A DNA stretch of 64,000 nt from an uncultured bacterium. GTDB lineage: Bacteria; Oederibacteriota; Oederibacteriia; Oederibacteriales; Oederibacteriaceae. Made by a program: the position numbers and the translations under genes. Positions 54,658 to 64,000 of the stretch are shown here, piece after piece; position 1 is the stretch's first letter, and every line of letters starts with the position of its first letter. The notes below the pieces were generated by a model. It had not been told where the DNA came from and did no database searches. It saw only the letters and a program-made list of their open reading frames with translations. The stretch is from assembly GCA_965112635.1 (NCBI GenBank), contig OZ218778.1:1504001-1568000 (forward strand). Direction: 5' to 3'.

Positions 54658-56585
54658 CGGACACCCCACTCTATATAGAGGAACAGTAAAGCCGCGCCCA
54701 CGAGAAAACTCACGAGATAAGTATGGACCTGGCCGGTCTGCCAGCGGGAAGTCAGCCTGCTCAGAGAAGAGAACAGGGAGCCTGTTCCGTTGACCGCCCC
54801 GTCTATGACCAGGTCGTCAAAGTATTTACGGAGAGCCCTGCTTAGGGCATAGAGCGGCTTGACCACCAATACCTGGTAGATTTCGTCCACATAATACTTG
54901 TGCGTCAGCAGGCTGATGGTACCGCTGAAGACCGTGGACGATTTCCACAATCCTTTCAGGTACACCAGATAGGCGATATAAAAGGCCAGCAGGCTCAAGC
55001 CGAAATAAAGGACCATCAGGCCTAGGGTCATACTGGCTGAGGCCGGGTTGGCGGCTTCTCCAGGCAAGGCCAGGACAGGGTTTAAAAATTCCGCGAAATG
55101 CTGTGTGCCGGGTATAAAAGAGGGCAGGTTGATATACCCCCCGATAAAGGCAAAGAAACCCAGCACCATCAGAGGCAGGGTCATGACCAGCGGAGATTCG
55201 TGGGCATGGTCGTATAAATGCTGGTCGCGGTTCTCGCCGAAAAAGACCAAAAAGAGCATCCTGAAAACATACAGGTTGGTGAGCAGGGCGGTCAAAGCGG
55301 CCAGGAGCCACAGCCAGAAGCAGGCATGGGGGCCGGACCAGGTTTCCAGCAGTATCTCGTCCTTGCTGAAAAATCCGGAGAAACCCGGGATGCCGGCCAG
55401 GGCCAGGGCGCCGATGCCAAAGGTGTAAAAGGTCACAGGCATTTTTTTCCGCAAGCCGCCCATCTTGGTGATGTCCAGTTCGCCGGACAGGGCGTGCATG
55501 ACGCTGCCCGCGGCGAGGAACAAGAGGGCTTTGAAAAAGGCGTGGGTGAACAGGTGGAACATGGCCGGGGCGAAGGCGTAAACGCCCAGCCCCAGGAACA
55601 TGTAGCCGAGCTGGCTGATGGTGGAGTAGGCCAGGATACGCTTGAGGTCGTTCTGGAACAGGCCGATGGAAGCGGCCATAAAGGCCGTGACACAGCCGAC
55701 CATGGCGATGATGTCCATGGTCAGGGGAGCCTGGCTGAACAGCATGTGGTTGCGGGCGACCATGTAGATGCCGGCCGTGACCATGGTGGCGGCGTGGATG
55801 AGGGCGGATACCGGCGTGGGGCCTTCCATGGCGTCAGGCAGCCAGATGTGCAGGGGCAGCTGGGCGGACTTGCCCGTGGCGCCCAGGAACAACAGCAGGG
55901 TGATGAGCATTCCCAGGCCTTCCTTGCCGGCCAGGAGGGTGGGAGCCTGCTGGTTGACCTGGTCGAAATCCAAGGTCCCGAACGTATAAAAAACAAGGAA
56001 AATACCCAGCAAAAACCCGAAATCGCCGACCCGGTTGACGATAAAGGCTTTTTTCCCGGCGTTGGCTGCCGTGTCCTTTTCGAACCAGAAACCGATAAGG
56101 AGGTAGGAGCACAGGCCCACCAGCTCCCAGCCGATGAACATCACCAGGAAATTGGCGGCCAGCACCAGGACCAGCATGGAGCCGGTGAAAAGGTTCAAAA
56201 AGGCGAAGTATTTGTTGCGGCGTTCGTCTGAGGCCATGTAGCCGACCGAGTAGAGGTGGATGAAAAATCCCACGCCGGTGATGATGCAGGCCATCAGGAT
56301 GGACAGGGGGTCCAGGACGAATGAAAATCCGGCGGACAACCCGCTGACGCTGATCCACCGGAACCAGGTCTCGTGCATGGGAGAGTTGAGGTAGCTGTAG
56401 ACCCCTAGGGCAGTCAGGGAGGAAAGGAACGACAGCCCGACGCTGACGCAACCCACGATGCCGCCCAGCCGGTCAGACCTGTCCTTAAAAGCCAGGAATC
56501 CGTTGACCAGGGCTCCGGCCAGGGGCGGCAAAATGATCCATGCCGCTAAATAACTTATGACAGCTAGAAAGTTGAAAGAACCCAC
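54654..56585 (-). CDS. nuoL: NADH-quinone oxidoreductase subunit L
   Basis: KAFIVNRVGD, GKSAQLPLH.WLPDAMEGPTPVSALIHAATMV. Confidence 0.95.
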   Translation of the reverse strand: MGSFNFLAVISYLAAWIILPPLAGALVNGFLAFKDRSDRLGGIVGCVSVGLSFLSSLTALGVYSYLNSPMHETWFRWISVSGLSAGFSFVLDPLSILMACIITGVGFFIHLYSVGYMASDERRNKYFAFLNLFTGSMLVLVLAANFLVMFIGWELVGLCSYLLIGFWFEKDTAANAGKKAFIVNRVGDFGFLLGIFLVFYTFGTLDFDQVNQQAPTLLAGKEGLGMLITLLLFLGATGKSAQLPLHIWLPDAMEGPTPVSALIHAATMVTAGIYMVARNHMLFSQAPLTMDIIAMVGCVTAFMAASIGLFQNDLKRILAYSTISQLGYMFLGLGVYAFAPAMFHLFTHAFFKALLFLAAGSVMHALSGELDITKMGGLRKKMPVTFYTFGIGALALAGIPGFSGFFSKDEILLETWSGPHACFWLWLLAALTALLTNLYVFRMLFLVFFGENRDQHLYDHAHESPLVMTLPLMVLGFFAFIGGYINLPSFIPGTQHFAEFLNPVLALPGEAANPASASMTLGLMVLYFGLSLLAFYIAYLVYLKGLWKSSTVFSGTISLLTHKYYVDEIYQVLVVKPLYALSRALRKYFDDLVIDGAVNGTGSLFSSLSRLTSRWQTGQVHTYLVSFLVGAALLFLYIEWGVR

Positions 56586-56587
56586 GC

Positions 56588-56890
56588 CTATCCTTTCATT
56601 ATCTGTATGTCGTCCAAATCCACTTTACCCTGGCGACGGAAGATGGCCATGATGATGGCCAGGCCGATAGCCACTTCGGCGGCCGCCACGGCAATGACCA
56701 AAAAGGCCGTTACCTGGCCGTCCAAAGAGAACGAAAAACAGGAAAAAGAGACCAAAGACAAATTGACCGCGTTGAACATCATTTCGATGCACATAAAAAG
56801 CACCAGGGGGTTTTTGCGGATCATCACGCCGATCACGCCGAGCGTGAACAGGATGGCGCTCAAGATCTGGCACTGGGTCAGGGTGATCAT
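56588..56890 (-). CDS. nuoK: NADH-quinone oxidoreductase subunit K
   Basis: MCIEMMFNAVNL, AVAAAEVAIGLA. Confidence 0.95.
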   Translation of the reverse strand: MITLTQCQILSAILFTLGVIGVMIRKNPLVLFMCIEMMFNAVNLSLVSFSCFSFSLDGQVTAFLVIAVAAAEVAIGLAIIMAIFRRQGKVDLDDIQIMKG

Positions 56891-57414
56891 CGGCTGCCTC
56901 CTTGGCCCGCGGGGTCTTCGGGTTCCCGGGAGGCCAGCACCACCACGCCGATGATGGCCACGAGCAGGAGCACGGAAATGATCTCAAAGGGGAAAAGATA
57001 GTCCACGAAAAGCAGGCGTCCGACCGCCTTGGCGTTGTCCAGCAGGGCGTGGGCCGAGATGCCCTGGGCCAGGGGGGTCTGCAGGATGATGAGGAACAGG
57101 CTGGCCAGGACAATGAGGGAGCCAAAGGCGATGACCAAAACCCTGCCGAGGGTCAGGGAGGCCAGCCAGCCTTTTTCTTTTTCCGGGTTGATGAGCATGA
57201 TGGCGAAGAGGAAAAGGACGATGATGGCTCCGGCGTAGACCAGGAGCTGGACCATGGCGATCAAAAGAGCGTGGAGCAGGGCGTAAACAACAGCCAGGCA
57301 CAGGAACTGGGCGAGAAGCGCCAAGGCGCAGTTGACCGGGTCGCGGAACATGAGGACCAGCAGGCCGGAAATCACGGCGCCAACGGCGATAAATAAGAAA
57401 AAGCCTAGTTCCAT
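56887..57414 (-). CDS. nuoJ: NADH-quinone oxidoreductase subunit J
   Basis: QLLVYAGAIIVLFLF.IM, YLFPFEIISVLLLVA. Confidence 0.93.
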   Translation of the reverse strand: MELGFFLFIAVGAVISGLLVLMFRDPVNCALALLAQFLCLAVVYALLHALLIAMVQLLVYAGAIIVLFLFAIMLINPEKEKGWLASLTLGRVLVIAFGSLIVLASLFLIILQTPLAQGISAHALLDNAKAVGRLLFVDYLFPFEIISVLLLVAIIGVVVLASREPEDPAGQGGSR

Positions 57415-57758
57415 TTAAACCCTCCTTTGCGCCATATATAGAGGTAGCCGAAAACCAGGACCAGGATGAAAAAGGCTATTTCCACCAGGCCCACGAACCT
57501 GAGCTCCTGGTAAAGGATGGCCCAGGGGATGAGGAAGATGGTTTCCACGTCGAAGATGATGAAAAGCATGGCGATGAGATAGAATTTCGGCGTGGTCTGG
57601 GCGGGCAGGCCCGTGAGCGGCGTGCTGCCGCTTTCATAGGGCTCGTCCTTGACCGGGTTGGGCTTCTTAGGGCCGAGTATCCAGTTGGCGATGACCATAG
57701 CGGCGAACAAACCGGCTGAGCAGAGGAGCATGAGCGTCAGGGCCAGGGTGTTGCTCAT
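57405..57758 (-). CDS. nuoA: NADH-quinone oxidoreductase subunit A
   Basis: K.EPYESG, FYLIAMLFIIFDVE..FL.PWA, Y.WRKG...W. Confidence 0.93.
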   Translation of the reverse strand: MSNTLALTLMLLCSAGLFAAMVIANWILGPKKPNPVKDEPYESGSTPLTGLPAQTTPKFYLIAMLFIIFDVETIFLIPWAILYQELRFVGLVEIAFFILVLVFGYLYIWRKGGFKWN

Positions 57759-58282
57759 CGGACCTCCTTGTCTTTGCCGGTCACGGAAGCGGGTTCCAGG
57801 GAGGAAAGCTTGGGGATGTCATAGATGAGCTTATCGAGCGAGTAATAGCCGTCAAACTCCACGATGGCCGTGTCCATGAAAATGGCCGCCTCAGGACAGG
57901 CCTCCACGCAAAACCCGCAGAACACGCACCGGCCCTCGTCGATCTCGAACTTGACCGGGTATTTCTCGACCTTGGGGTCGGGGTATTCACCGGCCACGAT
58001 ATTGATGCAGTCCGAGGGGCAGGCCGTGGCGCACATCATGCAGGCCACGCATTTCAGGGAGCCGTCCTCGCGCTTGGCCAAACGGTGCACGGTGCGGGAG
58101 ACCGGAGGGATGCGGCGGCGCTGCTCCGGATAGGAGATGGTGACGGCCGCTTCTTTGTCCTTGGCCAGGCCGAAAAGGTGCAGGGTGTGGAGGAAAAGGT
58201 TCTTGAAAAAGTGCTTGCTCGTGATCCATAAGCCCTGGACGATTTCCCTTATATAAAAGTTCTCAATTTTAAAATCTGACAT
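57755..58282 (-). CDS. nuoI: NADH-quinone oxidoreductase subunit I
   Basis: TISYPEQ, CVACMMCATACP, CVFCGFCVEACP. Confidence 0.93.
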   Translation of the reverse strand: MSDFKIENFYIREIVQGLWITSKHFFKNLFLHTLHLFGLAKDKEAAVTISYPEQRRRIPPVSRTVHRLAKREDGSLKCVACMMCATACPSDCINIVAGEYPDPKVEKYPVKFEIDEGRCVFCGFCVEACPEAAIFMDTAIVEFDGYYSLDKLIYDIPKLSSLEPASVTGKDKEVR

Positions 58283-58377
58283 AAAATGCTCCTTAACAGG
58301 CTGCTGAAAAATTTTAATAACTGTCCTTAAGCAGACTGTTACATCGCAAATCCGCAGGGATTTACGATGCTTGCAAT

Positions 58378-59520
58378 TTATTGCACTACCAAGCTGATAA
58401 TGATAGCCGTAACGAACAGATTAGCCAGCGCCAGAGGCCACATGAACTGCCAGCCTAGTTTCATGACCTGATCAAAACGAAATCTCGGCAAAGTCCAGCG
58501 CACCATCAAAGAGAACCAGCAAAAGAACGCGATCTTGGCGCAAAAGGCGAGGGACTGCAGGATGAATATCCACCATTGGTTGAGTGCCAGTGATATTCCC
58601 CAAGGAAAGATAAAGCCGGTGCTAGTGAGATAGGGGATCTTCCATCCGCCGAAGAACAGGATGACGGTCAGGGTGGAGAACAAAGTGACCTCCATGTATT
58701 CGGACATATAGAAAAGCCCGAACTCCATGCCGCTGTATTCCGTAAAATAGCCCACGATCTCGGACTCGCCTTCAGGCGTATCAAAAGGGATCCTCTTGTT
58801 CTCGGCCGTGACCGCGGCGTAGAACAGCAGAAAGGCCAGAGGCTGGGTGAGGATGCCCCATTGGGGCAGCCAGCCCCAGTAAAGGCCGGACTGGTATTCG
58901 ACCATTTGCCGCAGGTCCAAAGTCTTGTAGATCATCAGCAGGCCAATGACGGTCAATCCCAGGAAAACTTCGTAGGAAATGACCTGGGCCGCGGCGCGCA
59001 TACCGCCCAGAAAGGCGTATTTGCTCTTGGAGACCCAGCCGGCAATGACCAGGGAATACACGCCGATACCCAGGACGCCGAAGATAAAGAGCAGGCTCAG
59101 GTCCATGGGCGCGATGTCCAGGTTTACCTGCTTGCCCAGGATGTTCAGGCTGTCGCCGAAGGGGATGACGCTGAAAGAGAACAGGGCCGCTATGGCAGCC
59201 AGGAGGGGCGCGAGAAAATGCAGGAATGGATTGGCTTTGGGCGGCCGGTAACTTTCCTTGGTGAACATCTTGATGCCGTCAGCCACGGGCTGGAACAACC
59301 CAATAATGGTAAAGCCTAGGATGCCGGCGCGGTTGGGGCCGATCCTGTCCTGCACCAGGGCGCTTTGTTTCCGCTCCACCCAGGTGAGCAGGGCGGTCAC
59401 GCTCATGACCAGGGCTATCATAAACCCTATCTTGACCAGGACGATGGCCAGGTCCAGGAGGAAAAAATAGACGGGGTAGTATTTGGGCTGCATGAGTTCG
59501 TTGAGCAGGCTGTTAAGCAC
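58378..59520 (-). CDS. nuoH: NADH-quinone oxidoreductase subunit H
   Basis: ERK...Q.RIGPN, ADGIK.FTKE, ISYEV, R.PFD.PEGESE, PRFRFDQ. Confidence 0.95.
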   Translation of the reverse strand: MLNSLLNELMQPKYYPVYFFLLDLAIVLVKIGFMIALVMSVTALLTWVERKQSALVQDRIGPNRAGILGFTIIGLFQPVADGIKMFTKESYRPPKANPFLHFLAPLLAAIAALFSFSVIPFGDSLNILGKQVNLDIAPMDLSLLFIFGVLGIGVYSLVIAGWVSKSKYAFLGGMRAAAQVISYEVFLGLTVIGLLMIYKTLDLRQMVEYQSGLYWGWLPQWGILTQPLAFLLFYAAVTAENKRIPFDTPEGESEIVGYFTEYSGMEFGLFYMSEYMEVTLFSTLTVILFFGGWKIPYLTSTGFIFPWGISLALNQWWIFILQSLAFCAKIAFFCWFSLMVRWTLPRFRFDQVMKLGWQFMWPLALANLFVTAIIISLVVQ

Positions 59521-61144
59521 CTTTGTGCACCACCTTGGGCGATATTTGTTTTTCTAGGGGACCGAGCTGGCTGTAGCGGACACCGCTGAACAAGGGCACG
59601 GCCTTGCCTAAAGTTTCAAAAATGTCCCGGCTGTCGGCGAAATGCCAGCCCAAACCCAGACGCTGGGCCAGGGTATCCAAAATTTCGGTCAGGGTTTTGG
59701 CTCCCTCATAAGGGGCCAGGGCCTGGTACAGCCGCTGGACCCTGTTCTCAAAGTTGGTAAAGGTCCCGTCTTTTTCAGCGTAGACCGCCAGCGGCAGGAT
59801 GAGGTCGAATATCCTGGAATAAAGTTCGTTGGTGTGGCTCATCAGGGCGACCTTTTTGGTTATCTTGGACAGGGCCGGCTTCAAAAGGTCGAGTTCAAAG
59901 TAGTTCTCCAGGTCCACATCCAGCAGGATGAGGGTGTCTATCCTGCCCTGGTTGGCCTGTTCCAGGATATAGCGCGCGCCGGTCACAGGGTCGGCGTGGG
60001 CTGACTCGGCCAGGGCAATGGCGCCGGCCAGGTTGGGGCATTTGTCCTCTTTTATCAGCAGGCTGTCGGCTTTGCCTTTTTTGGACAGGCCGGCGCCGTA
60101 GTGGATCTGGCGGATGCCCAGGTCGAGCCTGAAAAATTTGTGCGCCAGCAAAAGTTCCTCATTGGTGAGATGCGGAGAGGCAATGATGGCGCAGCGGCTG
60201 CCCGCTTCGCCGTGCTTGAGGTCTTGGAAAAGGGCGGCCAGGCGGTCCATGGCCTGGTCCCAGGCGATAGTCTGCCAGGTGCCGGGCAACCAGGGCTGGG
60301 CCACCCGGTTCTGGTCGATCATGGGGGTGCTGTAACGGCCCTCGTCGCAGATCCACCAGCCATTGACCTGTTTATTCAACCGGGGTTTGATGCGGTAAAT
60401 CCTTTCCGTACCGACCTTGTTGCCCGGATTTTCGTTGGTATGCAGGTAGATATTGCAGCCGCGGGAACAGCCCGGGCAGATGGAGGCGGTCTCCTGGAGG
60501 TACCAGACCCGGGAGCGGAACCGGAACTGCTTGTCCGTCAGGGCGCCGACCGGGCAGATGTCCACCACATTGCCGGAGTAGCCGTTATCCAGCTTTTTGC
60601 CCTCGCAAAGGGAGATCTCGGACCAGGTGCCCCGGTTAAATATCCCGAGCTCGCCGGTCTTGGTGACCTCGGAGCAAAAACGGACACAGCGGGTGCACTG
60701 GATACAGCGTTCGGCGTCCAGCATCACATGGGGGCCGATATCCTGCACTTTGGGTTTCCTGATTTTGGGCACGGTCAGGCGGCTGGGCTGGCCTGAATAA
60801 TCCATATAGTAGTCCTGCAACCGGCATTCGCCGGAACAGTCGCAGATGGGGCAGTCGATGGGGTGGTTGACCAGCAGGAACTCCATCACATTTTTTTGGG
60901 CTTCCTTGACCTTGGGGGAATCGGTGTGGACCACCAGGCCCTCCGTGGCGATGAAGGTGCAGGAGGTCTGCAGGCCGCGGGCTTTTTCGACCTCGACCAT
61001 GCAGATACGGCAGTTGCCCGCGATGGACAGGGCGTCGTGGTAGCAGTAGTGGGGCATGGCCAGGCCGTTCTTTTGCATGGCCTGGAGGACCGTCATACCC
61101 TCCTCCGCCTGTATCTGTTTGCCGTCAACCGTTAAATTGACCAA
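59513..61144 (-). CDS. nuoG: NADH-quinone oxidoreductase subunit G (short form)
   Basis: CYH...GNCRIC.VE, NHPIDCPICD..GEC.LQD, CIQCTRCVRFC, CPVGAL, CPGCSRGC. Confidence 0.9.
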   Translation of the reverse strand: MVNLTVDGKQIQAEEGMTVLQAMQKNGLAMPHYCYHDALSIAGNCRICMVEVEKARGLQTSCTFIATEGLVVHTDSPKVKEAQKNVMEFLLVNHPIDCPICDCSGECRLQDYYMDYSGQPSRLTVPKIRKPKVQDIGPHVMLDAERCIQCTRCVRFCSEVTKTGELGIFNRGTWSEISLCEGKKLDNGYSGNVVDICPVGALTDKQFRFRSRVWYLQETASICPGCSRGCNIYLHTNENPGNKVGTERIYRIKPRLNKQVNGWWICDEGRYSTPMIDQNRVAQPWLPGTWQTIAWDQAMDRLAALFQDLKHGEAGSRCAIIASPHLTNEELLLAHKFFRLDLGIRQIHYGAGLSKKGKADSLLIKEDKCPNLAGAIALAESAHADPVTGARYILEQANQGRIDTLILLDVDLENYFELDLLKPALSKITKKVALMSHTNELYSRIFDLILPLAVYAEKDGTFTNFENRVQRLYQALAPYEGAKTLTEILDTLAQRLGLGWHFADSRDIFETLGKAVPLFSGVRYSQLGPLEKQISPKVVHKGA

Positions 61145-61222
61145 AAGATGCTCCCTGCATTAATTTTCCTTCCGGGGAGATTTCTATTTAGGATTTAAGG
61201 AAATCTCCCGTCATATGACCAT

Positions 61223-62491
61223 TCAGGTCATATGACCCTTACAACCGCCCTCTTTGATGCGCTGTTCGAGTTCGGGACGGAATTTCTTTATTAAACTTTG
61301 GACAGGCATGGCCACCGCGTCGGAGAACTCGCAGATGGTCTTGCCGTGCATGCCATGGCAGATGCTGTCCATCAGGTCCAGATCGGAGCTTTGGCCCTGG
61401 CCGCTCCTCAATTTATCAGTGACGCGCTCCAGCCAGCCTGTGCCTTCGCGGCAGGGGGTGCACTGGCCGCAGGACTCATGGGCGTAAAACCGGGTGATCC
61501 ATTTCAGGGCATCCAGCATGCACGCCGTCTCATCAAAGACCATGACTGCTCCCGTACCCAGCGCTGAACCGGCTTTTTCCATGGAGGCAAAATCCATGGC
61601 CACGCTGATCTCGTTGGCCGCCAGGAACGGGGTGGAAGTCCCGCCGGGCAGGACCGCTTTGAGCTGGCGTCCCTGGGGGATGCCGCCGCCCCAGGTGTAG
61701 ATGAGCTCGCGGAGAGAAGTGCCGATGGGCAATTCATAAAGTCCCGGCCTGTTGATGTGGCCGCTCAGGCAATAGAGCTTGGTGCCGCCGTCATCCGGAA
61801 GGCCCTGGGCCAGGAACCACTGGCTGCCGTTCCTCATCACCGCGGGGAGGAAACTCAAGGTCTCCACATTGTTGACAATGGTCGGGTATTTATACAGGCC
61901 CTTGGTCGCGGACCGGGGAGGCTTGATGCGGGGAAAACCTTTTTTGCCCTCCAAGGATTCCAGCAGGGCCATGGCCTCCCCGCAAATGTAGGCGCCGGCC
62001 CCGGAATAGGTCTTGACCCGGACATTGGTGAAAGAACCGAGGATGTTGAGGCCCAGGAAACCCTTTTTCTCGGCCTCGGCGATGGCTTTGTCGATGACGC
62101 GGCGCTCCTCCACGAACTCGCCCCGGAAATAGATCCAGCATTCGTAAAACTCCAGGGCGTGGCAGGCGATGGCAATACCCTCCAAAAGCTGGTGGGGGGC
62201 CTTCAAAAGCAGGGCCCGGTCCTTGAAAGTGCCCGGCTCGCCCTCGTCCGCGTTGACGCACAGGTAACGGGGCAAAGACCTGTCCTTGTTGATAAATCCC
62301 CACTTGTCGCCGGCCGGGAAACCCGCGCCGCCGCGTCCGCGGATGCGGCTGTTCTTGACCTCTTCAGTCACTTTTTCCCGCGGCATGGCCAGGGCTTTTT
62401 TAAGTCCCTCGTAACCGCCCCGGCTGATATATCCGTCGATGGAGATGGTTTCCGGTTTGTCAAAGTCCTTGGTCAGGATAAGTTCAGACAT
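61223..62491 (-). CDS. nuoF: NADH-quinone oxidoreductase subunit F
   Basis: RGRGGAGFP, NADEGEPGTFKDR, GAYICGE, ESCGQCTPCREG. Confidence 0.95.
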   Translation of the reverse strand: MSELILTKDFDKPETISIDGYISRGGYEGLKKALAMPREKVTEEVKNSRIRGRGGAGFPAGDKWGFINKDRSLPRYLCVNADEGEPGTFKDRALLLKAPHQLLEGIAIACHALEFYECWIYFRGEFVEERRVIDKAIAEAEKKGFLGLNILGSFTNVRVKTYSGAGAYICGEAMALLESLEGKKGFPRIKPPRSATKGLYKYPTIVNNVETLSFLPAVMRNGSQWFLAQGLPDDGGTKLYCLSGHINRPGLYELPIGTSLRELIYTWGGGIPQGRQLKAVLPGGTSTPFLAANEISVAMDFASMEKAGSALGTGAVMVFDETACMLDALKWITRFYAHESCGQCTPCREGTGWLERVTDKLRSGQGQSSDLDLMDSICHGMHGKTICEFSDAVAMPVQSLIKKFRPELEQRIKEGGCKGHMT

Positions 62492-62987
62492 TTTTTTTCA
62501 TTCCTTCCAAAAGGCCGATGAGCTTTTCCGCGGTGAGCGGGCCCACGTACTGGTCGTTGAGCCGGGCCGCCGGCGCGATATCACAGGCGGCAAGGCATTC
62601 CACCCGTTCCAGGCTGATGAGCCCGTCCGGAGTGATGCCGCCGTTATCCAGGCCGTACTTGTTTTTGAGGGCCTGGGCCAGGGCCTCGGCGTTGTTCAGG
62701 CTGCAGGAGACATTGCGGCAAAGCTGGACATGGATGCGGCCGACCGGCTGGCGGTGGAAATGCTTGTAAAAGGTCAGTATCTCCCGGACCCGGCTCAGGG
62801 AAACTCCCATGACCTCAGCGACCATGGGTTCTACTGGGGCCGGGATATAACCCAGCTTTTTTTGCACCAGGTAGAGGATGGGCAGCATGGCCGTGGAGCG
62901 CTTTTCATACTGGCCGGCCAGTTTTTCCATTTCCGGTTTCAGGTCGGCCGGGATGGCTAGGTTGTTCCGGGTGCCGGATTGCGTCAT
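62484..62987 (-). CDS. nuoE: NADH-quinone oxidoreductase subunit E
   Basis: CRNVSC and ECLAACDIAP [2Fe-2S] ligands. Confidence 0.93.
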   Translation of the reverse strand: MTQSGTRNNLAIPADLKPEMEKLAGQYEKRSTAMLPILYLVQKKLGYIPAPVEPMVAEVMGVSLSRVREILTFYKHFHRQPVGRIHVQLCRNVSCSLNNAEALAQALKNKYGLDNGGITPDGLISLERVECLAACDIAPAARLNDQYVGPLTAEKLIGLLEGMKKNV

Positions 62988-64000
62988 CGGTCCAATTCTC
63001 CCGCGATCATGTTGATGGAGCCAAAAGTCGAGATGATATCCGCCACGGTGTATCCGTTGATCATCAAAGGCAGGGCGGCCATGGGTGCCAGACAGGGCGG
63101 CCTGACCCTGACCCGGTAAGGAACATTCGAGCCGTCGCTGACCACATAGAACCCGAGCTCGCCGTTGCCGCCTTCCACGGCGAAATAGACCTCGCCCTGG
63201 GGAGGCCGGATGCCGTGGCCGGGCATCCAGAATTTAAAGTGGTTCATCAAAGCCTCGATGTTGGTGTAGACCGCCTCTTTGGGCGGCAGGGTCACCCGGT
63301 GGTCGGCCACATTGACGGGGCCGTCGGGCAGGTCGGCCAGGCATTGCTCGATGATGCGCAGGCTTTGCTCCATCTCGGCCATCCTGACCAGGTAGCGGCC
63401 GAACACATCACAGCCGTTGTCGGTGGGGATGTCAAATTTCAGGCGGTCATAGACCAGATAGGGCGTGTTTTTCCTGATGTCATAGGGGATGCCCGTGGCC
63501 CGGAGCAGAGGGCCGGTGATGCCGTAGCTGACGGCGTCTTTTTGGGATATTTTGCCGATGCCTTTGGTGCGGTCCACGAAGATCCGGTTTTTGGTCAGGA
63601 GGCCGTCCACTTCCTTGAGGACATCCCTGCTTTTTTTAATGGCGATGCGGGTTTTTTCCTCAAAGCCCCGGGGCAGGTCCTGGGAAAGGCCGCCTACTCT
63701 CGTATAGGTCGTGGTCACCCGCGCGCCGGTCGTGTCCTCAATGAGTTCATAAAGGTATTCCCTGGCTTTCATAAGATAAAGGAACACGGTAAAGGCGCCG
63801 AGTTCCATGGCCTGGGCGCCGATGCTGGTGAAATGGTCGGCAATACGCGATATTTCGCACATGATGACCCGGATATACTGGCAGCGGGGCGTGGTTTCTA
63901 TTCCCATGAGCTTTTCCACGGCCATGATGTAGCCCACATTATTGATGAGAGGGGACACATAGTTGAGGCGGTCCGTGTAGGGCACGACCTGGGTGTAGGT
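62984..64000 (-). CDS. nuoD: NADH-quinone oxidoreductase subunit D (5' part outside window)
   Basis: DRLNY, EISRI..H, GPLLRATG, GELGFY, GELDR C-terminus. Confidence 0.95.
   Translation of the reverse strand, partial: TYTQVVPYTDRLNYVSPLINNVGYIMAVEKLMGIETTPRCQYIRVIMCEISRIADHFTSIGAQAMELGAFTVFLYLMKAREYLYELIEDTTGARVTTTYTRVGGLSQDLPRGFEEKTRIAIKKSRDVLKEVDGLLTKNRIFVDRTKGIGKISQKDAVSYGITGPLLRATGIPYDIRKNTPYLVYDRLKFDIPTDNGCDVFGRYLVRMAEMEQSLRIIEQCLADLPDGPVNVADHRVTLPPKEAVYTNIEALMNHFKFWMPGHGIRPPQGEVYFAVEGGNGELGFYVVSDGSNVPYRVRVRPPCLAPMAALPLMINGYTVADIISTFGSINMIAGELDR

Noticed and set aside
53137-54678. 513-aa + strand ORF, plus other long antisense ORFs (1238-2374, 47686-48678, 51641-52504, 55218-56231)
   Set aside because: Shadow frames opposite conserved GC3-rich genes; no motifs or RBS.

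Overview
Bacterial chromosomal window from what looks like a diderm organism; the C-terminal sorting-type domain of the first gene and the general gene style hint at a poorly characterised candidate phylum, which is inference only. All credible genes from 1 to 49.9 kb are on the + strand and all from 50 kb on are on the - strand, converging on a strong hairpin terminator. In order, it contains: an NHL-repeat surface protein (partial); an ABC exporter plus DUF1854; a sugar-type cluster (HldE-like kinase-HAD fusion, HAD, deoxyhypusine-synthase-like protein, GH42, PfkB/LacC kinase, and a GatZ-like gene further on); an acyl-CoA ligase, deacetylase and thioesterase; an AT-rich patch of broken genes ending in a Y1/HUH (RAYT-like) transposase bounded by 30-bp inverted repeats; queE-queC-comB-thiD2-thiE; livKHM; two Flp-type pilins and flbD; tRNA-Glu with a duplicated 3' end; GGDEF-PilZ; a sugar ABC importer; LysM, TPR, UbiE and PilZ genes; tRNA-Met; tilS-ftsH-folE-folP-pdxJ-(CTG-start pseudopilin-like gene)-acpS-nnr; an O-antigen-ligase-TPR protein; rel; two paralogous putative outer-membrane proteins; and a nuo operon with nuoA displaced between nuoI and nuoJ. 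No CRISPR array, rRNA or prophage was seen. The best candidates for undescribed biology are the inverted-repeat-bounded HUH element with its adjacent gene-fragment mosaic and the kinase-HAD/HAD/DHS-like module. All calls come from motif recognition by eye; no searches were run.
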